Source: an uncultured delta proteobacterium (lineage in GTDB: Bacteria > Myxococcota > Myxococcia > Myxococcales > Myxococcaceae). Taken from it: a stretch of 64,000 bases of DNA. Shown here piece by piece: positions 9,906-19,850 of this stretch. The DNA is taken from positions 320,001 through 384,000 of the forward strand of contig CAVQKE010000004.1 in NCBI GenBank assembly GCA_963713045.1. The letters are read 5' to 3'. How positions within the stretch are numbered: the first letter of the stretch is position 1; the number at the start of each line of letters is the position of its first letter. The notes below the pieces were generated by a model. It did not search any database, was not told where the DNA came from, and saw only the letters and a program-made list of their open reading frames with translations. The position numbers and the translations under genes were made by a program.

Positions 9906-12122
9906 GTGCTGCGCCTCAATGACATTCTCGAGCGGGTCCGCTCCTACCACCCAGACCCTGACCTCGACTTCCTGAAGAAGGCCTACGTCTACTCGGCCAA
10001 GGTGCACCAGGGGCAGCTTCGGCGTTCAGGGGAGCCCTACCTGGTCCACCCGTTGGAGGTGGCCGGCATCCTGGCCGAGCTGAAACTGGACGAGGCTAGC
10101 ATCGTCACCGGGCTCCTCCACGACACCATTGAAGACACGCTGGCCACGCCTGAGGAGTTGGAAGAACTCTTTGGCAAGGAAGTGGCGCAGCTGGTGGACG
10201 GCGTCACCAAGCTGGGCAAGTTCTCGGCCTCGGCGACGCTGAGCCAGGAGGAACGGCAGGCCGAGAACTTCCGGAAGATGATTATTGCCATGGCCCAGGA
10301 CATCCGGGTCATCTTGGTGAAGCTGGCTGACCGGACCCACAACATGCGGACCCTGGACCACATGTCCGAGGAGAAGCAGCAGCGCATCGCCCGGGAAACG
10401 CTCGACATCTATGCGCCCTTAGCCAACCGGCTGGGCATCTCTTGGATTAAAATTGAGCTGGAGGACCTCGCCTTCCGCTACCTGCGGCCGAGCGACTACG
10501 CCGACATTGCCGAGAAGTTGAACCGACGCCGGAACGAGCGCGAGCGGTACGTGAACGACACCTGTGCCCTCATCGAGAGCAAGCTTCGCGAGCGGTCGCT
10601 GCTGGGCCGGGTCCAGGGCCGCTTCAAGCACCTGTACAGCATCTACAAGAAGGTGCGGGCCACCGGAGTCGACGTCGACCAGATTCCGGACATCATCGCC
10701 TTTCGCATCGTGCTGCCCACCGTCCCCAACTGCTACGAGGCGCTGGGGATGATTCACCAGCTCTGGAAGCCGGTCCCAGGCCGCTTCAAGGACTTCATCG
10801 CCATCCCCAAGCCCAACATGTACCAGTCGCTGCACACCACGGTGATTGGTCCGCTGGGCGAGCGGGTGGAGGTGCAAATCCGCACCGAGGAGATGCACAC
10901 CATCGCTGAGGAGGGCATCGCTGCGCACTGGGCGTACAAGGAAGGAAAAAGTCTGGTCTCAGGCGACGACGAGAAGTTTGCCTGGCTGCGTCAGCTGATG
11001 GAGTGGCAGCAGGACCTGAAGGACCCCAAGGAGTTTCTCGACACGGTGAAGGTTGACCTCTTCACCGACGAGGTTTTCGTCTTCACGCCCAAAGGGGATG
11101 TGAAGAGTCTTCCCCGAGGAGCGACGCCAGTCGACTTTGCCTTCGCCATTCACTCCGACGTCGGAAGCCGCTGTGTCGGGGCGAAAGTCAACGGGAAGAT
11201 GGTCCCGCTGCGCTACAAGCTGAAGAATGGCGACACGGTGGAGGTGCTCACCAGCCCCAGCGCCCACCCCTCGAAGGATTGGCTCACCTTCGTCAAGACC
11301 AGCCGGGCCCAGCAGCGCATCCGCGCCTTCATCAAACAGCAGCAGCGCGAGAAAAGCCTTCAGCTGGGTCGGGAACTTTTGGAGAAGGAGTTCCGGCGTT
11401 TCGGACTCAATTTCGGCAAGCTCCTCAAGGCCGGCGACCTGAAAGGCCCTGCGGCCGAGCTCGGCTACCGGGTGGAGGACGACCTGTTGGTCGGTCTCGG
11501 CTACGGCAAGGTGGCCCCCCAGCAGCTTCTTCAGAAGTTGCTGCCCCCGGAGAAGCTGGCCGAGGGCATCGAGCGTCCCGCCGCCGGCAACGGCGCGGGT
11601 GTGGGCCCGGCAGCCGAGGCGGCGGCCGCCTCCACCGGCTTCGGCCGGGTGACGGAAATGGCCCGGAAGCTGGTGGGCAACCGCAGCAAGACGGGCGTGC
11701 AAATTGGCGGGGTGGATGACGTCCTGGTGCGCTTCGGACGGTGCTGCAACCCCGTGCCGGGCGACCCGATTGTGGGCTTCATCACTCGGGGCCGGGGCGT
11801 CACGGTGCACACCGTCGGCTGCGAACGGGCGCTGGCCACCGACCCCGAGCGTCGGGTGGACGTGGCCTGGGATGTCCACGGGGATTACAAGCGACCGGTC
11901 ACGCTCCGGGTGCTGACGGTCGACCGACCGGGGCTTCTGGCGGAGATGTCCACCATCTTCAGCCAAAAGGGCGTCAACATCAGTCAGGCGAACTGTCGGG
12001 CCACCGGCGACGAGCGCGCGGTGAATACCTTTGAAGTCACCATTTCGGACCTCAAGCAGCTGACCGACGTCATCCGCACCATCGAGCGGCTCCACGGCGT
12101 GCATTCCGTCGAGCGCGTCTAA
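9906..12122 (+). CDS. relA: Bifunctional (p)ppGpp synthetase/hydrolase (RelA/SpoT family)
   Basis: HD domain (GEPYLVHP, LLHDTIED, KLADRTHNMRT), RFKD, YQSLHTT, EVQIRT, TGS domain (FTPKG, DFAFAIHS), CCNPVPGD and ACT domain (DRPGLL). Confidence 0.96.
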   Translation: MLRLNDILERVRSYHPDPDLDFLKKAYVYSAKVHQGQLRRSGEPYLVHPLEVAGILAELKLDEASIVTGLLHDTIEDTLATPEELEELFGKEVAQLVDGVTKLGKFSASATLSQEERQAENFRKMIIAMAQDIRVILVKLADRTHNMRTLDHMSEEKQQRIARETLDIYAPLANRLGISWIKIELEDLAFRYLRPSDYADIAEKLNRRRNERERYVNDTCALIESKLRERSLLGRVQGRFKHLYSIYKKVRATGVDVDQIPDIIAFRIVLPTVPNCYEALGMIHQLWKPVPGRFKDFIAIPKPNMYQSLHTTVIGPLGERVEVQIRTEEMHTIAEEGIAAHWAYKEGKSLVSGDDEKFAWLRQLMEWQQDLKDPKEFLDTVKVDLFTDEVFVFTPKGDVKSLPRGATPVDFAFAIHSDVGSRCVGAKVNGKMVPLRYKLKNGDTVEVLTSPSAHPSKDWLTFVKTSRAQQRIRAFIKQQQREKSLQLGRELLEKEFRRFGLNFGKLLKAGDLKGPAAELGYRVEDDLLVGLGYGKVAPQQLLQKLLPPEKLAEGIERPAAGNGAGVGPAAEAAAASTGFGRVTEMARKLVGNRSKTGVQIGGVDDVLVRFGRCCNPVPGDPIVGFITRGRGVTVHTVGCERALATDPERRVDVAWDVHGDYKRPVTLRVLTVDRPGLLAEMSTIFSQKGVNISQANCRATGDERAVNTFEVTISDLKQLTDVIRTIERLHGVHSVERV

Positions 12123-12140
12123 GTGCAAGCAGAGGCCCTC

Positions 12141-12527
12141 ATGCCCCACCTCCCGGTTCAAACCACCGAGGCGCCGTCGGCCATCGGCCCCTATTCACAA
12201 GCCATCTCCGCCCCGGCCGGGCGGCTGGTTTTCCTTTCCGGGCAAATTCCCCTCGACCCGCGGACGGGCGAACTGGTGGGGCCAGACATTTCCCTGCAGA
12301 CGGCCCGGGTGATGGAAAACCTCGGCGCCGTGCTGAAAGCGGCGTCGCTCGGCTTCGCCGATGTCGTCCGCTGCACCGTTTACCTTCTGGACTTGGGTGA
12401 ATTCTCCGCGGTCAATGCCGTCTACGGGCGCTACTTCACTTCCTCGCCGCCTGCCCGGGCGACGGTGCAGGTGGCGGCGCTTCCCCGAGGTGCACGCGTC
12501 GAAATTGACGCCATCGCGGTCGGGTAG
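12141..12527 (+). CDS. RidA/YjgF family reactive intermediate deaminase
   Basis: APSAIGPYSQA, SGQIP, PPARATV and VEIDAIA. Confidence 0.93.
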   Translation: MPHLPVQTTEAPSAIGPYSQAISAPAGRLVFLSGQIPLDPRTGELVGPDISLQTARVMENLGAVLKAASLGFADVVRCTVYLLDLGEFSAVNAVYGRYFTSSPPARATVQVAALPRGARVEIDAIAVG

Positions 12528-12642
12528 GGCGTCTTTTGCAAGAGGGCACGCTGCGGGTCGCGCGGAACAGCCCCTCCTCAGCCGTCGGCATTTCCCTGCT
12601 GCGCGGCGCCTGGTCGCCCCGGGGGCGCTGGCCCGGGTCTCT

Positions 12643-14025
12643 TCAGTTTCTGCCGGTGGCTGGGGCCTGAGCGTCTGCCACCAGCCGCCCGTAGAGGGCC
12701 TCGGGCTTGACGCCCTGGGCCAGCAGTTTGTCGGCCTTGGCAATTTCCCGGTCGATGTCTGCCTTGAATGCCTCCCAGGGCGGGGCCCCTTCGTAGAGGC
12801 GCCCGTTGACGTAGAGGCTGGGCGTGGCGCGGACGCCAGCGGCGCTCGCCGCCGCTTCGTCGGCGGCAATGCGCGCCTTCACCTCCGCGCTGTCGATGTC
12901 CGCTCGGAAGCGCGCCATGTCCAGGCCGAGCTTCTCCGCGGTGCGCTCCAGCGACTCGCGGTCAAGGGCCGCCTGGTTGGCGAACAGCTGGTCGTGCATC
13001 GGCCAAAACTTTCCCTGGGCGTGGGCGGCCATCGCCGCTTGGGCGGCAATGCGGGCGTTGGGGTGCATCGGCAGCGGCAGGTTGCGGAAAACGAAGCGGA
13101 CGTCCTTGCCGTAGTTTTCCCGAAGCTTCTCCACCGTTGGCGCGGCGCGGCTGCAGTACGGGCACTGAAAGTCGCTCCACTCGACGATGGTGACTTTGGC
13201 GAATTCCGGGCCGAAAGCCGGCGAGTCGGCCGGGGCGTCGACTTTGCGCACCGGCTTCCCACCGCCGACGCCGGGCGTCTGGCCCTTGTCGATGATGCGG
13301 GCGTACACCTCACTGGCCGGGATTCCGCTGCGCACCATCCCCTCGGCCTTGGCCAGCTCCTCGTCGATGAGGGCCTTGAAGACCTCGATGGGCGAGGCGC
13401 CGCCCGCCATACGCCGGGCGTTGATGAAGATGGCGGGCGTCCCAGTCACGCCGACGCTGGTTCCCAGCGCCGTGTCCTTTTCGATGCGGGCGGCCAGAGT
13501 CGGGTTGGTGAGGTCTGCCTTGAAGCGGGCCATGTCGAGGCCGACTTCGCGGGCATATTGCTCAAGGGAAGCCGGGTCGAGGGCTCGCTGGTTGGCGAAC
13601 AGCTTGTCATGCATTTCCCAGTACTTGCCTTGCGCTCCGGCGGCCAGCGCCGCCATCGCCGCCGGCCGGGCCATGGGGTGCATGCCCAAGGGAAATTCCT
13701 TCATCACCACCCGGAGTCGGGTGCCGTAGTCCTTCTGCAGCTGTTGGATGGTGGTGTGGGCACGGCCACAGAAAGGGCACTGGTAGTCGGAGAACTCGAC
13801 CAGTGTCACCAGGGCGTCCGGCGAGCCTTCGACGGGCGAGTTGTCAATGGGAATGCGGAAGACGGTGGTGTCGCTGCGAGGCGGCGGGCGCGACGGCTGC
13901 TGCGCCGTGGCCTGGGTATGGGCGTCAGGCTTGGCCGGGCCTGGACCCAGCGAGGAGGTCGCCCGGCCGACGAAGATGCCGAGGATGAGGCCCACGACGA
14001 GCGAGACGAGGACGCTAAATTTCAT
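12643..14025 (-). CDS. Tandem two-domain DsbA-like thioredoxin-fold protein with N-terminal anchor
   Basis: EFSDYQCPFC and EWSDFQCPYC, cis-Pro loops GTP and ATP, hydrophobic N-terminus. Confidence 0.9.
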   Translation of the reverse strand: MKFSVLVSLVVGLILGIFVGRATSSLGPGPAKPDAHTQATAQQPSRPPPRSDTTVFRIPIDNSPVEGSPDALVTLVEFSDYQCPFCGRAHTTIQQLQKDYGTRLRVVMKEFPLGMHPMARPAAMAALAAGAQGKYWEMHDKLFANQRALDPASLEQYAREVGLDMARFKADLTNPTLAARIEKDTALGTSVGVTGTPAIFINARRMAGGASPIEVFKALIDEELAKAEGMVRSGIPASEVYARIIDKGQTPGVGGGKPVRKVDAPADSPAFGPEFAKVTIVEWSDFQCPYCSRAAPTVEKLRENYGKDVRFVFRNLPLPMHPNARIAAQAAMAAHAQGKFWPMHDQLFANQAALDRESLERTAEKLGLDMARFRADIDSAEVKARIAADEAAASAAGVRATPSLYVNGRLYEGAPPWEAFKADIDREIAKADKLLAQGVKPEALYGRLVADAQAPATGRN

Positions 14026-14140
14026 GGAAGGACCGACTCCGGCAGAGCTCGCTCTTGGAAGGCACTGGAGCGAGAGCGCCGGCGTGTTAACAGACGGGCC
14101 GGACGCCTCGCAACTTTACCCCCTTCGGGGACGGACTCCA

Positions 14141-14383
14141 GTGACGGACACCCACACCGACGTTGATGTGCGGGGCCTCGCTTGCCCGCTTCCGGTGATT
14201 CGTCTGGCCCAGGTCGTCCGTACGCTTGCTCCAGGTTGCCAGGTCCGCCTGTTGGGCACCGACCCCGCGCTGGCCCAGGACGTCCCGGCTTGGTGCGCAG
14301 CAACCGGCCACCGCCTCCTCTGCCTCGTCGGACGCGGGCTGGAGTTGGAAGCCTGGGTCGAGGTCGCCCCGGTCCAGCGCTAA
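14141..14383 (+). CDS. TusA/SirA-family sulfur carrier
   Basis: DVRGLACPLP, TDP and DVPAWC...GH. GTG start at 14141. Confidence 0.85.
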   Translation: MTDTHTDVDVRGLACPLPVIRLAQVVRTLAPGCQVRLLGTDPALAQDVPAWCAATGHRLLCLVGRGLELEAWVEVAPVQR

Positions 14384-14443
14384 CTGGCCATCCTGACCCT
14401 GGGCAAGCTTCTGTAAGCACCCGGCATTGTGAGGGCTTTCGGC

Positions 14444-14459
14444 TGGCATCGGGGTTGTA
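14444..14459 (+). promoter_or_regulatory. Possible sigma54-type promoter upstream of the PilZ gene
   Basis: TGGCATCGGGGTTGTA: GG-N10-GT with a non-canonical -12. The implied leader is very short. Confidence 0.35.
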
Positions 14460-14475
14460 AGAGGGCCTGGGTACG

Positions 14476-15453
14476 ATGGCCTTTTTCGCCCGAGAGACTT
14501 CCGTCGCAGGTGCCTCCTCCCCGCAGTCCACGTCTGTGGAGCGCGAGGCGGAGCTCACGCGCGCCGAGCAGACAATGCGCAGTGCCGAGCTCCAGCTGAG
14601 CGCTGAAGCCGAGCGGGTCGCCGGCGAGGCAGCCGCCCTCACCGACCGCGCGCGCGCCCTCGAGGGGGAAGCAGCCGGGCTCGACGCAGAACCGGAAGTG
14701 GCCGCGGTGCTGTTGCGCTTGCGCGAGCCGGCTCCCGTGCCGGCCATGGCCTCCCACGTGGAGCGCGCGTTTGCCGCGCGCCTCCAGGCCCTCGAGCTGC
14801 GGCGGAAGTCGGCCGAGGCGATTCGCACCGGCCTGCGGGCCTGCGCGGAGGTGCTGGCCGAGCGTTCGCGCACGCTGGCCTCGGATGCGCAGTCGCTTTC
14901 ACGGGCCCGCGCCGCGGCAGCTCAGGCGGCGGCTGACGCCCGCGCGGCTGAGGCCCGTGCTGCGGCTGCCGCCGCCGCGGCAGCCGCTGTGAAGCCGCCG
15001 CCCCCCGTGCCTTTCGCAGCCGCCCCGGCGGACGAGCTTGCGCCCACGGTACGGCGCGCGGTGCCCAGTCCACAGTCGCCGTCATCCGGCGCGACCATCG
15101 GCAAGGTGGCACTGAAGCGCGTCGCCGCCCGGGTGGCGATGCAGACGCAAGTGGACATGGTGAGCGACTCCAACTTCTTCACCGGCTTCAGCACCAACAT
15201 CTCCGAAGGCGGCCTCTTCGTCGCGACGGTGAATGTGCTTCCCCCCGGAACGCCGGTGGACGTCACTTTCACCTTGCCGGCTGGCGGGCGTCTCACCGTG
15301 AAAGGTGAAGTGCGCTGGACGCGGGAACTCAACGACCGAACGCCGGAGGTCTTCCCCGGTGTGGGTGTTCACTTCACGGACGTCGACCCGGCGGTGGTCA
15401 GCCAAATCAAGACGTTTGTCCAGCAGCGCCAGCCCCTCTTCTTTCCGGACTGA
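14476..15453 (+). CDS. Coiled-coil plus C-terminal PilZ domain protein (TIGR02266-like)
   Basis: RVAAR (RxxxR), NISEGGLF, GEVRW and GVGVHF, with an Ala-rich helical N-terminus. Confidence 0.85.
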   Translation: MAFFARETSVAGASSPQSTSVEREAELTRAEQTMRSAELQLSAEAERVAGEAAALTDRARALEGEAAGLDAEPEVAAVLLRLREPAPVPAMASHVERAFAARLQALELRRKSAEAIRTGLRACAEVLAERSRTLASDAQSLSRARAAAAQAAADARAAEARAAAAAAAAAAVKPPPPVPFAAAPADELAPTVRRAVPSPQSPSSGATIGKVALKRVAARVAMQTQVDMVSDSNFFTGFSTNISEGGLFVATVNVLPPGTPVDVTFTLPAGGRLTVKGEVRWTRELNDRTPEVFPGVGVHFTDVDPAVVSQIKTFVQQRQPLFFPD

Positions 15454-15486
15454 GGCCCAAGGGGCCTGGCACCCACCCCGGGGCCG

Positions 15487-16398
15487 TTAGGTCAAGGCGA
15501 GGACGCGACTCTCCAGGGACTGGCCCTGAGAGACTCCAGTGACTTGGACGCCGGCGTCCAACAGCAGCCGAAGGGTGGCGCTGAGCACCGCATCCGGCGA
15601 CTCCGCCTTGGGGTCAATGACGACACTCAACAGCCCGTCCGGGCGAAGCGCGGCCTCGGCCACGCCCGGCAAAGCCCGAAGTGCGTCCATCGGGATGTCC
15701 CCGCGGGCCACCTGAATCCGGAACTCAGCCGACCGCGCGGTCAACTGGGCCATGGTCCCCGTCTGCACCAGGCGCCCGTGGTCGAGAATGTCGGCCCCGT
15801 CGCACAGCGCCTCCAACTCCGGCAGGTTGTGGCTGCTGACCAGCACCGTGGCCCGCCCCCGCATGGCGGCCACCAGGCCTCGCACTTCGGCGGCCACCTT
15901 GGGGTCGAGCCCGGAGGTGGGCTCGTCGAGGAGCACCACCGGGGGGTCCCCCAGCAGGGCTTGGGCCAGGCCCACCCGCCGTCCCATGCCGTGCGAAAGC
16001 GCCGCCGGTGGCACGTCCCACACGTCGGGGAGGCCCACCCGTGCCAGCGCCAGCCGAGCTTCGCGCTCTGGGCGCTCGAGGCCGGAAAGCCGGCCGAGGT
16101 AGCAAAGCAGCGCCCCCACATTGAGGTAGCCGGGAAGGGCCGCGTCTTGCGGCAGCACCCCCACCACGCCCTTCAGGCCACCGGGCAGTCGAGGGTCTCG
16201 GCCGAGGACGCGCACCCGTCCGGAGGTGGGCCGCAGGTAGCCGCACAGCAGGCTGAAGCTGGTGGACTTGCCAGCGCCGTTGGGGCCAATGAGGCCCCAC
16301 ACCGTCCCCTGCGGGACGGCCATCGAGAGGTGGTCCAGGGCCTGGCGGCTCCCGAAGCGCTTGCTCACCTCGTCCAGGACGAGAACCGCCTCACTCAT
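15487..16398 (-). CDS. ABC transporter ATP-binding protein
   Basis: GPNGAGKST, LSHGM and LLDEPTSGLD. ATGA overlap with the permease stop. Confidence 0.92.
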   Translation of the reverse strand: MSEAVLVLDEVSKRFGSRQALDHLSMAVPQGTVWGLIGPNGAGKSTSFSLLCGYLRPTSGRVRVLGRDPRLPGGLKGVVGVLPQDAALPGYLNVGALLCYLGRLSGLERPEREARLALARVGLPDVWDVPPAALSHGMGRRVGLAQALLGDPPVVLLDEPTSGLDPKVAAEVRGLVAAMRGRATVLVSSHNLPELEALCDGADILDHGRLVQTGTMAQLTARSAEFRIQVARGDIPMDALRALPGVAEAALRPDGLLSVVIDPKAESPDAVLSATLRLLLDAGVQVTGVSQGQSLESRVLALT

Positions 16399-17300
16399 AC
16401 GTCCCTCGTGCGCAGCACCGCCACCCCGGCAGCCGCGCACACCAGGGTGAAGAGGAGCAGCCCCAGGACGCCGGTCAGGACACGCGCCGGGTCCGGGTAG
16501 AGGAGTTCACCGGACCAGGTGGAGGGAGCCAACAGGCCGACTCGCTCCTGCCAGCCAATCGGCAGCGGCTGGTGCGCCATCTGCTCCTGCCCCATGCGGA
16601 CGATGCGGGCCCCACTGCCCACCGTGCCGGCGGCCCAGAAGCCCAGCAACGCGGCGAAGTTGAGTGTCAGGCTGAGGGCGGGCGTGCTGGAGGCGGTGGA
16701 GCACAGGGTGGTGAGAGCCGTCATCGCCAGGCCCACCAGCAGGGAGGTGCCCCACAGGCGTGGCCAGGCCCGGGCCGCGTCGGCCAGGGAGAAGTCCGGG
16801 ACGCTGGACAGGGCGTAGCCGAAGGCGCCCAAGTAGACCACCGTCAACAGAAGCAGCACCACCGCGCCGAGGGCGAGGCCCTTGCCCAGGGCAAGCGCCG
16901 TCCGGCTGGCGCGCACCGTGAGGTAGCGGAGCGAGCGGGTCTGCAGCTCGCCGCTAACGCTGTCGAAGCCCAGCAGTGCCACATAGCCCGGCAGGAAGAT
17001 GAGGCCAGCCTTGAAGACGAGCAGCAGCAGCGCGGGCAGCCCCAGCAGCGACTCCACCAGGCTCCGGTCCTGGCCGAACAGCAGCGCCAGCATGACCGCC
17101 TTGGGGGATTGGAGGCCCTCTATGCCCTGGCCCTGCGCCTCAAACTGCAGCTGCGCTTGCCGGGAGAGCGCCCCCGCGGCCAGTGCGATGCCAGCCGAGA
17201 AGGCCATGTACAGCAGAAGGACCAGCAGCACCCGTGGGCTCTTCAAGGCGCGACGCAGCTCGGCGCCGAAGACGGTCCACGTGTCGCGGAGGGTCTGCAT
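16395..17300 (-). CDS. ABC-2-type transporter permease
   Basis: Multiple TM helices and the DSVSGELQTRSLRYL...SR...GK motif. Confidence 0.85.
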   Translation of the reverse strand: MQTLRDTWTVFGAELRRALKSPRVLLVLLLYMAFSAGIALAAGALSRQAQLQFEAQGQGIEGLQSPKAVMLALLFGQDRSLVESLLGLPALLLLVFKAGLIFLPGYVALLGFDSVSGELQTRSLRYLTVRASRTALALGKGLALGAVVLLLLTVVYLGAFGYALSSVPDFSLADAARAWPRLWGTSLLVGLAMTALTTLCSTASSTPALSLTLNFAALLGFWAAGTVGSGARIVRMGQEQMAHQPLPIGWQERVGLLAPSTWSGELLYPDPARVLTGVLGLLLFTLVCAAAGVAVLRTRDV

Positions 17301-17335
17301 GGGGCAGAGGACCTACCACAAGACGTGCGACTTCC

Positions 17336-18673
17336 GTGGCGATTGCCGCGTTGCCTGCTAGCATCCAGTCCTTGCCTGCCCGCGCCGCCCGACGTCCCTC
17401 TGCCCGGCACCTCGCACCGGCCACCCTCTGGCTCGCCCTGCTTGCCGGGCCGGCCCATTCCGAAGACGAAATCGACCGGCTGGGGTTCCCCGAGGCGCCG
17501 TCGGAGAAAAGCTGCGCGCTGCCCATGCCGCAGACCACCGAAGCGCAGCCCCTTCCACTTCTGGCGCTTCCCACACCCGGAGCCGGGAGCCGCCGTCTTG
17601 CTCCGCCGCTGGACACGGCGCGGTCGCTGTCGGCGGAGCAAGACCTCCTCGCCCGCGCGCGGCCGGACGGGACGGGGGGACTGCGTCTCGCCGGGCCGGA
17701 TGGCGGCCGCCTCCTCACCATTCAGCCCTCGCTGCAGGACGCGCTCACCCAGCTGCTGGAGAGTTACCAGACGCCCTACGCGGCCGTGGTGGTGCTGGAG
17801 CCAAGCTCGGGGCGAGTGCTGGCCATGGCCGAATACGCCCACGCCGACCGAGCGCTGCGCGGGCTGGCCACCAAGGCCCTCTTTCCGGCTGCCTCCATTT
17901 TCAAATTGGTGACGGCCACCGCGTTGTTGGACGCGGGGTTGGGGCCGGACGACGTGGGCTGTGCCCACGGCGGCAAGCGTCACATCCAAGCGCGGCTCCT
18001 CGAGGACTCGAGCGCCGACCAAACCTGTCTTTCGCTGGCCGAGGCGCTGGGGCACAGCGCGAACGCGGTCTTTGCCAAACTCACCCACCGCTACCTTCGC
18101 CCCGAGCAACTGCGGGCGGCCGCGGACGCGCTTCACTTCAATCGGCCCTTCGACTTTCCGGTGCCCACCGACGCGTCGGTGGCCCAGGTGCCGGACGACG
18201 CCTTGGGACTAGCCATCACCGGCGCCGGCTTTGGGGACGTGTACCTGTCGCCGCTTCATGGGGCGATGCTGGCCTCGGTGGCTGCCAACCGTGGGCTGTG
18301 GCGCGCGCCGGTCCTCTTCGAGGACGAGGTGAATTCGGGCCAACCGGTCGAACGGGTGCTCTCCGAGGACCAAGCGGAGGCGCTGGTGCGGATGATGGAG
18401 GAGACGGTGACGCATGGCACTGCGCGGCGATTCTTCCGCGGAGCGGCGCTGCGGACCGCGGTAGGAAAGACGGGTTCGCTGGCCGACAAGCCACCGCTGC
18501 CGTACCGCGACTACACCTGGTTTGTCGGCTTTGCCCCGCGGGACACGCCCCGGGTGGCAGTTGCCGCGGTGGTGGTGAACGACGTGCTGTGGCGCATTCA
18601 CGCCCCGTGGCTGGCCAGCGAAGCGCTGCGCCTGGTTCTGCAGGGCCCAGGTCCGCTGCACGCTCGGCGCTGA
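17336..18673 (+). CDS. Penicillin-binding protein, transpeptidase domain
   Basis: SxxK (SIFK), SxN (SAN) and KTG. Start uncertain (GTG at 17336). Confidence 0.85.
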   Translation: MAIAALPASIQSLPARAARRPSARHLAPATLWLALLAGPAHSEDEIDRLGFPEAPSEKSCALPMPQTTEAQPLPLLALPTPGAGSRRLAPPLDTARSLSAEQDLLARARPDGTGGLRLAGPDGGRLLTIQPSLQDALTQLLESYQTPYAAVVVLEPSSGRVLAMAEYAHADRALRGLATKALFPAASIFKLVTATALLDAGLGPDDVGCAHGGKRHIQARLLEDSSADQTCLSLAEALGHSANAVFAKLTHRYLRPEQLRAAADALHFNRPFDFPVPTDASVAQVPDDALGLAITGAGFGDVYLSPLHGAMLASVAANRGLWRAPVLFEDEVNSGQPVERVLSEDQAEALVRMMEETVTHGTARRFFRGAALRTAVGKTGSLADKPPLPYRDYTWFVGFAPRDTPRVAVAAVVVNDVLWRIHAPWLASEALRLVLQGPGPLHARR

Positions 18674-18688
18674 GCCTGTTGTCTTGCG

Positions 18689-19825
18689 TTAGCGGCGAGG
18701 CAGCTCGACCAGCCCTTGGTCGAGGAAGCCCCGGAAGCAGCGCAGTGCGTCCAGCTCGTGAATGGGGGAGACCTGGATGATGGCTTCCACCGTGCGCTGC
18801 CCATCGACGCGGGACAAGAGGTAACGCTCCGGGGCGGAGAGCGGGAGCCGGCGCAGCACCTCGGCGTCCACACGCAAGCAGGGGACGCGGCTCCCGGAAA
18901 GCTCGGCGCGCAGCTGCTCGGTGAGTGTGGCCTCCGCTTGGCGGAGGAAGTTGGCGGTGGTGGCGGTGGGAGACAATTCATAGGCCCGCCGGGCGAGTGC
19001 CGCCGCGTCGGTAACGTTGCCAGCCTCGAGGAAGGCTTGGGCCGCGCGAAAAATCTCTTCGGCCCCTTCCTCGCTTCCGAGGACAGTGGGCACGTCCGTC
19101 CGGCTGGTCGCTGCCTCGACCGGAGCCAGCGTCACCGCTTCCAGCCGGTGCAGGGCGTACAGCCGCTGGTAGACAAAGAAGTCGGTGGAGTGCAGGCCGA
19201 GAATGAGGTCGTCGATGGTGGCCCCTTCTTCAATCATCCGCGTCAGCCGTTCATCGAGGCTGCCCGGCTCCGGAGGCTGGGCAAGGTTTTCCCGGTGCAG
19301 GATGAGGCGCGCCTGGCCCGAGGGGAAAACGGCGCGGATGGCCTTCCAGGCCGTCTCGCGCACGTCGGCCTCGCGGTAAATCTCGAGCAGCGGAACGCCC
19401 ACTTCGAGACCGGGCAGGGGAGCCGGGCCGCCTCCCGGAGTGAAGGTAAACGTTCCTTCTTCCCACGCGAATGCCGACAGCAGCGCCTCGCGAAATTTAA
19501 GCTGGAGGGCGTTGCGCACCGCCTCTTGGGTGGCCAGGCCCATGCTGACCACCGCCTGGCCGAGAAACACCCGGGTGTCCTGTTGGGCGCGGTAGGCCGC
19601 CATGTACTGGTCCTCGCTCATCTGGCCCATGTTGATGAGGAATTGCGCCAGGTAGTCGCGCGGCTGGTTGGAGCTGGCATTCACCACCGCGCCTTCGCGC
19701 AGCACCACCTGGCGCTTCTCATCGGCGCGCTCGTACTGGAGAATGCCCGTCGCCAGGCGATTGCCGAGGTAGGCGACCAGGTCCCTGAGAGGCATCGTGC
19801 CCAAGTCACCAATGAGGCCGCGCAT
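18689..19825 (-). CDS. DUF4388 (PATAN-like) domain protein with TPR-like segment
   Basis: MRGLIGDL...TGIL...WEEGTFTF N-terminal pattern and C-terminal ERYLLSRVDG. Confidence 0.75.
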   Translation of the reverse strand: MRGLIGDLGTMPLRDLVAYLGNRLATGILQYERADEKRQVVLREGAVVNASSNQPRDYLAQFLINMGQMSEDQYMAAYRAQQDTRVFLGQAVVSMGLATQEAVRNALQLKFREALLSAFAWEEGTFTFTPGGGPAPLPGLEVGVPLLEIYREADVRETAWKAIRAVFPSGQARLILHRENLAQPPEPGSLDERLTRMIEEGATIDDLILGLHSTDFFVYQRLYALHRLEAVTLAPVEAATSRTDVPTVLGSEEGAEEIFRAAQAFLEAGNVTDAAALARRAYELSPTATTANFLRQAEATLTEQLRAELSGSRVPCLRVDAEVLRRLPLSAPERYLLSRVDGQRTVEAIIQVSPIHELDALRCFRGFLDQGLVELPRR

Positions 19826-19850
19826 GAGGAGCAACAGCATCCCCCGGCCC

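Noticed and set aside
14900..15010. Poly-Ala/Pro GC repeats as a repeat array or CRISPR
   Set aside because: Low-complexity coding linker with no regular repeat-spacer structure and no cas genes in the window.
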